Shown here: positions 52,808-64,000 of the stretch, piece after piece | Layout: each line of letters opens with the position of its first letter | Numbering within the stretch: position 1 is the stretch's first letter | Translations under genes and position numbers: made by a program | Assembly: GCA_951406725.2 (NCBI GenBank) | Contig: OX597824.1 | Location: 62,186,001 to 62,250,000 of the forward strand | Direction of reading: 5' to 3' | Source of the DNA: Octopus vulgaris | Lineage: Eukaryota | DNA length: 64,000 nucleotides | Notes under the pieces: model-generated | The model's input: only the letters and a program-made list of their open reading frames with translations | The model's database searches: none | What the model was told of the DNA's origin: nothing

Positions 52808-53229
52808 TCATATATATATAGATATATACATACGTGCATACATACACACACATATATATATGCATACATATGTATATATATATATATAGATGTATATATG
52901 CGTCTATGCATGAATGCATGCATGTATGTATGTATGTGTGCGTTTGTATTTGTGTGTGTGTGTGTGCACATGAGTATATGCATCCACATATGCATGTAAG
53001 CTGGAATAAATGAAGAGAATATGATTGATAAGCAGATATGTACCGATCAACGCTATTATGATCACGAAGGAGAGAGTATGTTGTTTTCATTTCTCACGTC
53101 CTCATATATTTTCGAGCTGTTTTATTGTTCAAAGAAAAGATCAAATTTTATAGCAATAATATTTCTCACATATTACGTAACTATCTAACTGCCTGACTAT
53201 TTTTCCTCATTCATTTTATTGTTATTACG

Positions 53230-53232
<3 letters not shown>

Positions 53233-53301
<69 letters not shown>
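53233..53301. repeat. (TTA)n array with no adjacent Dong insertion
   Basis: Direct reading. Confidence 0.95.
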
Positions 53302-53303
<2 letters not shown>

Positions 53304-54577
53304 ATTTTATGCTTTATTCTTGCCATTTCATATCTTATAACATCAAAATACATATTGCCAACATGTCACCAATTTTCGAATTACGCAGTGATTTATTGAA
53401 TATGTTCTCCTAGAATAAAAGTTGAAAAGCCCAGAAAAGTCCAATTGCACGAAATAAAACACTTTTCGTTGAAAAATCTATAATATGCACATATTGTATT
53501 GATATAATTTATCATATATGCAATCAACATCCGCTGCATCCCACCTACAAACTACCAAAGGAAACGAGTTAAATTTCATAGATATAATATGATGAATTGA
53601 TTTATGCGCACGGACAACCCCAAACCACACACATATTACGTATATATACACACACGAGCATAATGCGCAGACGCACACACACACACACATATATATATAT
53701 ACATAAACGGCAAAAAGAAAATGGAGGGATTCAAGAGGTGGTATTCATCAAATTTTAGTCATTATAATATGTCTTTATTTATTTACTTAAAAAAAAATTA
53801 TAACATTATATATACATGTATAGCATATTGTGCTTCATATATATAAAAATACCAGTAATTATTAAAATATATAACGTAGAAGATAGAAAGTAGAATATTT
53901 TCTTACAAATATTAACGGAAAATAATAAAGTATCTTAATTAATACACGAAAATTAGTGATAGTAATACGGAGAAATATCACGGGTATTAATATAAACTGT
54001 AACCCACTGTTTTGGGACCTTTATCTCAAGCCCTCAATAGAAGATATATTGCATGTTTATATCTATATATATGTTTGTGTATAATTATTATAATTATATA
54101 AAAATAATAATATGACCTACTACAGCAATCCTCCCTTCTCAAAACATGAAATATATATGTACTTATTGGTATGCTTGTACGTAAATATATATAAATATAT
54201 ATATATATATGTATATATGTGTGTGTGTGTGTGTGTATGTGTGTGTGTGTGTGAGTTTGTGTGTGTGTTTTTTCCTCATTTATATACCTTTTCATTCATG
54301 CATAACTATAATAATCTTAAGATACATTGACTATTTAAATTCCACTATCATTTCTCTTTTAATAACTTTCTCTTTCCCCTCTTTATACTTTATCTAATAA
54401 GAATAATATAACACACCTAATAATAATAGGTATTGTTTCCTGTGTATGCATATACATATAAATATATAAATATATAGATATACATTTATATATATTTATG
54501 TATATGTATATATAATGAAAAGTGTACATATATGTATGTATTTATATTTATAAATTAACCTTAGGAACTTTTTAAAC

Positions 54578-54699
54578 TCTCTGACGAAGCCCAGAGGCAC
54601 ACCCAAGTACCTTAACCTTATCTACCAAATACTTAAATTCATTCAAGGGATGGAAGTAAAGTGAGGCAGTATGACCTCGTGGCTGAAACAGCTGTAAGA
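54578..54699 (+). ncRNA. Type I hammerhead ribozyme motif with ~97 nt stem II region
   Basis: tct-CTGACGA (54581-87); AGCC...GGCT closes stem II, extended by gagg/cctc; GAAAC (54685-89); palindromic stem III ACAGCTGT (54688-95); GUA ending at 54696; aga pairs with tct. Confidence 0.7.
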
Positions 54700-55105
54700 A
54701 GCTATTCTGCTTCCTATTTTTTACATTATATATTTTAATAATTTCTGGTATTTTTATATATGTAAAGTATATGTTATACATGTATTTATATTGTGATACT
54801 TGTTTTTTTTTAAATAAATAAATAAATAGACATAATATAATATTTAAAAGTTGATGAATACCACCTCCTGATCCACTCCATATTACTTATTGCCGTATAA
54901 ATTAAGAATAGAACAATTTTTACCCTCGCCCATTTATTACATTGAGTAGTGTAATTACCATTCAATGAAAAAACACATGTATTAATAATTGGGTATTCTA
55001 CCAGCACTATGTTGAATAGAAATCATCCCTGAGTTGGTTGCATTCACAACCTCTAACTCTCTAGGAATTATTTTGTATATACATATACATACATACTTAC
55101 ATATA

Positions 55106-55239
<134 letters not shown>

Positions 55240-57464
55240 TCAAACAGCTCTGATCCTTTTCACAACTTTTATCGCCTCTTACCTTCTTTCAACGGTCATC
55301 ATACCTCTTGTGCCGGCGAAAACTTTAAACCAAAAGCAGTATGGAATATTTCATACCTTTCTATGACATGTTTTTCTCAGTTTAGCAGAAAACTTTATTT
55401 CATGGTATATTTCAAAACGTCCCTACTGCATTCTGCAAACTAGTCAGCTGTGACAAGCAAATTTTTACGACGGTGTGTTCAAAGTGCCGCTACAAATGTC
55501 TCCATCAATAACAGAATAACAGAACTTAACAGGTCAGCTTATTAAATATATAGAAAATATATAGTAAAATTACAGCAATCTGGGACAGCCCTAAATGAAT
55601 CTCAAAACTTCTGGAATGCGCCCTGACGTTCGCATATTGAGTCTACTATCAAGTTATTTTCAAATTATACCTTTTTTTTTTTACTCTTTTTGTTCATTTT
55701 GTTTTTCTGGTGAAAAGTTATGTTTATATCGTTGACCAAACTTTTCATTTAAAAATATCCATTTGGCACTTATCATTTTCCACAAATATTACTAACTTAA
55801 ACACATATATTCACAAAATCGGTGCGTTTATGTGTTTATTCAAGTTGCTATAATTAGCAATTTCCTGCAATCATTCAGAAACATATATAATATTGAAAAC
55901 AGGATCTTGTCTTGAAACATTGTTTGTGGAGATGTCATCTAATTAAATGCAAATGTTTTACACAATAAATAGGCTGTTTGCAGAGTAGAGAATATACTAT
56001 TCAAATAAACGTTTTATTAAGTTAAATATGAAAAAGATTATTTGATAAGCATTGAATGAAAATGCGACTTAAATTTTAATAATTAACTCAATGTAACAAC
56101 TGCATTTTTCTTCTGAAAATAGCGAGCCTGTTCTCATAATTGAGATATTACTAACACCGATGGCAAAATATACATAGTCGTTACTAGAACTACATCATGG
56201 GAGTTACTGCCCGTGGAATATGCTGCATGTGCGCATCCTTATGGGCGAGTAGGTATGTATGTAGTGGTATATGCGGGTATATAAAAGGGCAGGGTTAGAA
56301 CAACAGCAGGATGCATTTGAATCCATAAAATAAATACATGAAAATATGTACAATTCCAATATACCGTCCATACATATCCACGCATATGGGCTGGATAGGT
56401 ACAGACAAGGTAGGAGTAGAATGACAGCAGGAAACAAGGAAATTCATACAAATACATACATCCAGGTATGAACAATCCAATATACAAATATACACATCGA
56501 CACGCACGCGTAAATATACACAACTATGCACACACACACTCACACACACACACACACGTAAACCTCACACACAGGAACACACAACCACACATACATCCAC
56601 TCACACACAGACATGTACTGGCACATGTGAACATAGACACCCGCGCAAAATTACGCAGTAATTTACAAGAACGCATACGCTCAAGAATACGTACAGTTGT
56701 TTACCTATTCTAACAACCGTCAGATTGCACGCACACGCTGATACGCACCCACACGCCTGGGAATGCACTCACATAAGCAAACACTCACACAATCACACAG
56801 ACACACAAGATCGCACTTTCAGGCGCTCGCACACATCCATTAACACCCCTGTGCATGTAGAAGCTCACTCCCACCTACGCTGTTCTCCTTTCCAAGTGCC
56901 AACATGAGGAACTACATACATAAATCTTTACGGAATGACAAGCGAAGCCTAGCAGATATGAAACGGAACTAATTTTGAACAAAAGGACGAAACTTTAAAG
57001 AGGTTACGTATGGCCAATACACAAGCATTCACGTAAGCACAAACATGCGTACAAGCAGTAAGGCGGGTGTACATATAAAATCCACACACATACGCACACG
57101 CACGTACACACCCACAAACACACAAGCATAAACTTTTCGTTTACACTCACGCTTACCTCCTCTTCTATGCAAACACATCAAAATACACACATACAAGCAT
57201 ACATATATAGAGGCATCAGGGCAATTCTGGAACAGACAGAAAGCAGGGGGAGAAAGGGTTAACACACTCACGCATTACAGCAGTGGCGAATGGAGACGGG
57301 AGGACTGTGAGTGACAAACCGATTGCTTCTATCATCAATGCAGTAAACAAATTATGGTAGATAGTTAACAAATTGCGATATTCAACCAGTGCGTGTGTTT
57401 ATTGTTATTGGCTTAATAACCCTTTCAAGACACATCAAGATATATTCTTTTCTTTTATTTTTTT

Positions 57465-57853
57465 ATTTGTTTTAGTCATTTGACTGCGGCCATAACAGAG
57501 CACCGCATTTACTCGAACAAATCAACTCCATGATTTATTCTTTGTAAGCCTAGTACTTATTCTATTAGTCTCTTTGCCATAATGCTAAGTTACGGGGACG
57601 TAAACACACCAATATCGGTTGTCAAGCGACAGGTTGGCGGAGGGGACGAACACAGACACCACACATACACACAAACACACACACACATACGACAGACGTC
57701 TTTCAGTTCCCTTCTACCAAATCCACTCACAAGGCTTTGGTCAGTCCGTGGTTATAGTAGAAGAAACTTACCCTAGGTGCCACGCAATGGGAGTAAAACG
57801 GGAACCATGTAGTTAGTAAGCAAACTACTTATCCCACAGCCAGTCCTGCGCCT
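57465..57853 (-). mobile_element. tRNA-derived SINE with internal (CA/TG)n
   Basis: Minus-strand head aggcgcaggactggctgtgggataagtagtttgcttactaactacatggttcccg, followed by ggcacctagggtaagt (similar to the ccttgggcaag core motif of SINE superfamilies). Confidence 0.75.
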
Positions 57854-58492
57854 ATACATTATATATATAATATAATTCAATATAATATATATATATGTAT
57901 ATACTTTTTGAAAAGGATGTATAAAACACAGCATGATGGTATTTATTTCTGAATACAATACAAGTACATATTGAGACATACCTTTGATCCCACACATTTC
58001 TGGACTAAAGTAAATACGTTTTCGTTGTCCTTCTCGGTGACCTTTTTGAACCCTGCTAAGGATCTAGAAATTATCTCAATGAAAAGCATAAATTATGTGA
58101 TTTATATGAAACTTCTTGAAACGGGTTCGATTTTTACATGCAACTTTGTCGAGTATCCCTAGATAAATATATAGATGGCGTAACAATCAAACAGGAAGGA
58201 ATATGTTTATATAACCATTTAATGAATATGCAATTCAGCTGGCTACGCCTTCTCTGAATACTGTATATAAAAAGTAATTACGCTTATAGACACAATAATA
58301 TATAAAAATATTATTTGGATTCCATGTCTCGGCTTTTATCAACACCAACACAAGATATTTCAATCAGATTTTTGTCTGTCAAAATCCTAATTACTTTCAA
58401 ATGCAGCATCAAGTAAATTTTCTGATGCGTTCTTCTACATATATTTATCGTTTTCTTTTACAAGATTTACTTTTCTTTGTAGTTAATTTTGC

Positions 58493-58577
<85 letters not shown>

Positions 58578-58857
58578 TTGTAGATTTCAATGTCTGTAGA
58601 TGTCAATCACAATTATATAATTTATAATGAAAAAATAACTTTTTGGTTTTTCATTTTATGAACAGAAATAGATAGAAAATAAAATTACTTCAGAATTACT
58701 TTGAAATTACAGTGCACATGTCGACGTATTACTAAAGAATAATGTAGTATCATCTGTCGCATGCTGAATACCTTGATCTGATATTTAATAAAACGAATAC
58801 ACACTCACACACGCACAAACACGTGTCTGTATGTATGTAGTCATATCTCTATCTATA

Positions 58858-59158
58858 TGGTTGTGGCATTCCGTGGGTTACGACGACTAGGTTTCTGTTG
58901 ATCCGATCAGCGTAACAGCCTGCTCGTGAAATTAATGTGCATGCAACTGAGCACTCCACAGACATGTATACTCTTAACGTTGTTCTCAGGAGAACTGGCC
59001 CTTTGAAGTAGAGATTCTACACATTTTTGCCGTTCGGATGGACTGATGCAACGGTAAATGAAGTGTCTTGCTCAAGGACACTACGTGCTGTTGTGAATTG
59101 ATCGCACGAAATTACATCGTGAGCCGAATAACCTAACCCCTAAGCCTCGCGCTTTCAC
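58858..59158 (-). mobile_element. tRNA-derived SINE of a further family
   Basis: Minus-strand head gcgcgaggcttaggggttaggttattcggctcacgatg...cgatcaattc, followed by gtgtccttgagcaagacacttcattt. Confidence 0.7.
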
Positions 59159-59537
59159 TCTACACTCACTCACACACACACACACACTCTCTCACACACA
59201 CACGTACACTTGCGTGGCTTTTTAAGGATATTGTATCTATTTACGTATAACTATAATTTTACTTATTCAGAGACCAATTTATAACCACGAAATATGGTCG
59301 GAACTGTGTAGTCAGAGGCAGATGGAAGGGGAAAAATCTAGCAGAGTTTCCATGCTACATACGCTTCTCTCTTACACACACGCACACACACACACATACA
59401 CAAACACACAAACACATACATTCACACACACACGCAACATATATTTACATACAACTATATTTAAAGAATATCGAACACTTACGCAAGATATGTTGTGTTC
59501 GATATTGTTGGTATCCTTCTAGCTGCTGCTAATTCAT

Positions 59538-59575
<38 letters not shown>

Positions 59576-60585
59576 GATTTCTCATATAAATTGTTTCAAG
59601 CATATGTTGTAATCTCTTAGGCTTTGTTCTCTTTACTGAGCAATACTCATTGGTCAGAGGGTATTAGCCTTTTCCGACATAATCTGAATGATAATGTGTT
59701 GATCTACACGAAAGCATAAGCAATGCTTGCCGCAGAGGAGATGGTGTGGTATGTCCTTTATAAGGTATTTCTGTCTGTTTCCTTTTCTTACTTCGATACA
59801 TATAGTTTCTCCGAGTAATTTATTTCTAAAATATTCGTTTTGAACATACAGTATTGAGATGTAACTTGCCAGTTGGTATATAATCTGTTCAGATTTTGTT
59901 AGTTTCCTTGCCACTCCCATGGAACAAATTCGTGCTTCATGTTTTTCTTTTTTTTTCTTTGTAATAGATGTGCTGTTTGCATTACGTTATAGACCAATAT
60001 GGATCGCAGACAATTTTGCAGGATCACACAGCAGAATATATTCAACATGAATATTATTGAGGACCACGACAATATCGGTGTATCACGCACCTAGGAGATC
60101 TATTTTCAATATATGTAACCAATAGAGAAAGAAAACATACTAGCAAACACAGTAAAGGATGCCTACACCCCCTGCAAAAGTTATACGTACAGTACCACTA
60201 CACATACCCCACTTCCACAAAAATACCAACCGCAAACACTTAATAATATCTCTTACCGACGTACAGCAAAACCAACCCAGTGACATTGTCTCGGTACCAA
60301 AGGACATAACTCTTAACTAAATCTCCTACTCGGTTCATTTCATCATTTTCCCACAACAACCGCAAACAGGATGTGTCACTTAACCTCCAACAATAGAGAT
60401 CGGTTACCATATTTCATTAAATACCTGATACTTCTCAGGAGCGTAGGGCCATATAATAGGATTGTTACCTAACACTAAGATCTACCCCAGCGCGAAACTG
60501 ATTCAGCCATGACGGATATAGAATACTGTATACATTTTTTAATATTATTTACCTTTGACGTATAATTGTCCTCATCTTGTTTGTT

Positions 60586-60623
60586 CTTAACACAGTTTCG
60601 TCTTCCAGCTTTCGTCAGGTGTC
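60586..60623 (-). ncRNA. Deleted hammerhead remnant
   Basis: Minus strand GACAC-CTGACGA-aagctggaagac-GAAAC-t-GTGTT. Both core boxes and stem I (GACAC/GTGTT) are present; stems II and III are damaged. Confidence 0.5.
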
Positions 60624-60670
60624 TTGGGAAAATTTCGAACATGGGTTCTCATTCCTGAGGTATTTTTCGA

Positions 60671-60708
<38 letters not shown>

Positions 60709-60730
60709 TCACTGCTTGCAATCGAACTCG

Positions 60731-60808
60731 AGCATATAGTGTAGTGGTTAAGAGCGCGAGCTACTAGCCCCAAGATTCCGAGTTCGATTCTAAGCAGTGA
60801 CCTGAATG

Positions 60809-60875
<67 letters not shown>

Positions 60876-60914
60876 TATCGAAAAATACCTCAGGAATGAG
60901 AACCCATGTTCGAA
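60731..60914 (+). mobile_element. tRNA-headed SINE-like unit with internal (TAA)n, with an inverted partial copy at 60634-60730
   Basis: A-box-like TAGTGTAGTGG and B-box-like GAGTTCGATTC; 60779-60914 is the reverse complement of 60634-60730 apart from microsatellite length and a few substitutions. Confidence 0.75.
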
Positions 60915-60932
60915 TATGAAGAACCCATGTAT

Positions 60933-61213
60933 AAATATGAAGAAGAAGAAGAAGAAGAAGAAGAAGAAGATGAAGAAGAAACAACAGACGCTATAAAACA
61001 AATGAAATCCAAACTAAAAACAGAACAGCAGGACATACAAACACATATAACATACAGAAAATTTAAACTACTAAGCACTGCACACATCCTACGCAGAACA
61101 CTTTCCATACAATAACCATCAGAGCATCACAACAAATCACAGCACATACCCAAGGCACACAGAGCTGCGCTCGGTAGTGAAGTGAAAGCACGCTATAAAA
61201 ATAAAACTACTGA
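60933..61213 (+). mobile_element. R4/Dong family B fragment with ~700 bp internal deletion
   Basis: KYEEEEEEEEEEDEEETT.AIKQMKSKLK.EQQ (as at ~14840-14917) is joined directly to TNTYNIQK-like sequence and the 3'UTR (as at ~15620-15802). Confidence 0.85.
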
Positions 61214-61225
61214 AAAATAATAATG

Positions 61226-61301
<76 letters not shown>

Positions 61302-61318
61302 CAACAATAATAATAATA

Positions 61319-63565
61319 ACCTGTCGCCCTACAATGTACATGGCATTTACTGCAGTAATATCGCAAAGATTGAACACGCACCTGGACAAAAACAACCTGT
61401 TTCCAGAAGAGCAGAACGGATGCCGCAAACGCTCATATGGCTGTAAAGATCAACTAATGTTCAATAAAGCTATAACTGAAGACAGCCACAGAAAGAAGAA
61501 AGGCCTCAGTATGGCTTGGATCGACTACAAAAAGGCGTTTGATAGCATCCCCCACACATGGATTCTCGAAACACTAGCCATAAACAAAATTGCACCAACA
61601 ATTATAAAATTCATAGGACACTCTATGAACAAATGGCAAACAGTCCTACACCTCCAAACAAAAGAGGGACTCATGAAAACCAAAGCCATCCCCATTAGAA
61701 GAGGAATATTCCAGGGAGACACGCTCTCTCCACTCCTTTTCTGCTTGGCACTGTCACCTCTATCGGATATGCTAAACAGAACTGGATGCGGATATAAATG
61801 TTACGGCAAAACGATCAGCCGCCTTTTATATATAGATGACCTAAAACTATACGCTACAAATGACAAACAGCTGGAAACACTACTAAAGACATTTCATGGA
61901 TTTACCAAAGAAATAGACTTGAAATTTGGATTAGAAAAATGCGCCAAAGTAACCCTGAAAAGGGGAAAACTAGTTAAAAGTAGCAACATCAAACTAGATA
62001 AAAACAATGAAATAAAAGAATTAGACCAAACCAAACTTACAAATACTTAGGAATCCATGAACTAGATAAGACACAGCACACAAAAATGAAAGAGAAAATA
62101 AAAAAGAATATTATAGACGAAGTAGATCAATACTGAAAACAGAGTTCAATGCTAAAAACAAGATAATAGGTATTAACACTTTAGCCGTCCCAATTATATG
62201 TTACAGCTACAATATCCTTAACTGGACACTAAATGAACTGACCAAAATAGATAGGAAAACAAGAAAAATAATGACAGGATCTAAGATGCATCACCCAAAA
62301 TCTGACATAGAAAGGCTATATATACAACGTATAGATGGTGGTAGAGACCTTATACAGCTGCAAAACTACTATAAAATAACCACCATAGGACTGCAAAAAT
62401 ATCTACTTCAGAAGGAAGGAAAACTGATACAAATAGCGGCAAAACACGAGCAAAACAAAAAACTGTTCTCAGTTTTTAAGGAAGCTGACAAATACAAACA
62501 AGAAATCATACCACCTAACAAATATGAAGAAGAAGAAGAAGAAGAAGAAGAAGAAGAAGAAGAAGAAGAAGAAGAAGAAGAAGAAGAAGAAGAAGAAGAA
62601 GAAGAAGAAGAAGAAGAAGAAGAAGAAGAAGAAACAACAACAAAATCTATAAAACAAATGAAATCCAAACTAAAAATAGAACAGCAACGAACCATGATAA
62701 AACGATGGCAAGAAAAGCCCCTTCATGGCAAATACTGGACTAAACTAAATGCAAAAGAAATAGACAAATAAAAATCCCAACAATGGTTGAGAAGCTCAGG
62801 ACTCAAAGCAGAGACAGAAGGATTTTTATTTGCAGCACAAGACCAAAGCCTCCCCACGAGAAATTACCAAAAACATGTAATGAAAAGAAATATAACAAAT
62901 AACTGCAGAATATGTGGAGATGGACAAGAAGCAATAAATCATATTATCTCTGGCTGCCCAGTCCTGGCTAAGAAGGAATATATTCACAGACACGACAGAG
63001 TTGGGACCTATATACACTGGAAACTATGCCAACATTATGGAATAACAACAGAAAAAAGATGTTATAGGCACACACCAGAAAAGGTCACGGAAAACGAGAA
63101 AGCAACCATACTCTGGGATATGCCGGTACACACAGATAGAGAAATTAAGGCCAACATACCAGATATAGTTGTCAGAGATCATGAAGAAAAAAATGTTTTT
63201 TAATTGATGTATCAATACCAGCGGATGACAACGTGTCTCTAAAAGAAATGGAGAAACTCTCAAAATACAAAGACCTGCAAATAGAGGTAACCAGAATGTT
63301 GAATCTAAAAACAGAAACAATTCCTATCATAATAGGTGCATTAGGCATGATAAAAAAATATTCAGACAAATACATAACAAAAACATCAGAACTTACAAAC
63401 ACATAAAACATACAGAAAATTGCACTACTAGGCACTGCACACATCCTACGCAGAACACTTTCCATACAATAACCATCAGAGCATCACAACAAATTACAGC
63501 ACATACCCAAGGCACACAGAGCTGAGCTCCGTAGTGAAGTGAAAGCACGATATAGAAAATATACT

Positions 63566-63570
<5 letters not shown>
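61319..63570 (+). mobile_element. R4/Dong family B, copy 2 (5'-truncated at RT start; frameshifts and stops)
   Basis: AWIDYKKAFDSIPH, GIFQGDTLSPLLF, LLYIDDLKLY, CRIC...HIISGC, RHD, IPDIVV; highly similar to 13631-15802; lies between TAA arrays 61216-61318 and 63571-63803. Confidence 0.95.
62526..62633 (+). repeat. (GAA)36 inside the Dong B ORF
   Basis: 108 bp pure GAA run, in frame as poly-Glu. Confidence 0.95.
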
Positions 63571-63643
<73 letters not shown>

Positions 63644-63713
63644 TAATAATAATAATAATAATTATAATAATAATAAAAATATAATAATAATAATAATAAT
63701 AGTAATAATAATG

Positions 63714-63803
<90 letters not shown>
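63571..63803. repeat. Long (TAA)n array, 3' flank of Dong B copy 2
   Basis: Direct reading. Confidence 0.95.
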
Positions 63804-63804
<1 letters not shown>

Positions 63805-64000
63805 GACACCGGGGACGTTTAAGAAGAGACACCGGGGACGTTTAAGATGTAAGAAGGAAAATACAGAGCTCCGAAATCTATCCACAAACATCGAAACAAG
63901 GACACCCTATGGAGCCAAAGATTTACTAACAAAGAATTGGACTATATCCGAGTAAGTAATACTAATTGAAATTTATTACTATTTTCGAAACGAAATGATG

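Noticed and set aside
55370-55660. Possible Tc1/mariner C-terminal remnant on the minus strand
   Set aside because: Only a faint resemblance to the SPDLN motif region; no TIR or catalytic motif can be supported.
60731-60800. tRNA gene
   Set aside because: A/B boxes are present but there is no convincing acceptor stem or cloverleaf, and it runs into a repeat body, so it is treated as a SINE head. The same applies to 43020-43087 and 44770-44840.

Overview
AT-rich, microsatellite-dense animal genomic DNA with no host gene I can call confidently. The SINE families and repeat landscape suggest an octopus/cephalopod genome (inference). Main content: (1) a ~13 kb cluster (8.7-21.8 kb) and a second ~3 kb cluster (60.9-63.8 kb) of R4/Dong-clade RLE non-LTR retrotransposons from about five lineages, all inserted in (TAA)n arrays and all oriented on the TAA-reading strand, including one nearly full-length copy with five visible lesions; (2) a ~560 bp non-coding element present twice in TTA arrays, probably a non-autonomous Dong partner; (3) the strongest candidate for an undescribed system, a 494-bp tandem array (27.84-29.13 kb) in which every unit carries a complete type I hammerhead ribozyme within a highly self-complementary monomer, i.e. 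a retrozyme-like element predicted to release unit-length RNAs; (4) several further hammerhead motifs with very long stem II, one linked to a tRNA-headed SINE-like unit, and a decayed Penelope-like element; (5) decayed L1/Tx1, RTE, Tc1, pogo/Tigger-like and Helitron pieces and several tRNA-derived SINE families. Most supplied ORFs are microsatellite translations or antisense frames. All calls were made by eye, and boundaries of degenerate elements are approximate.
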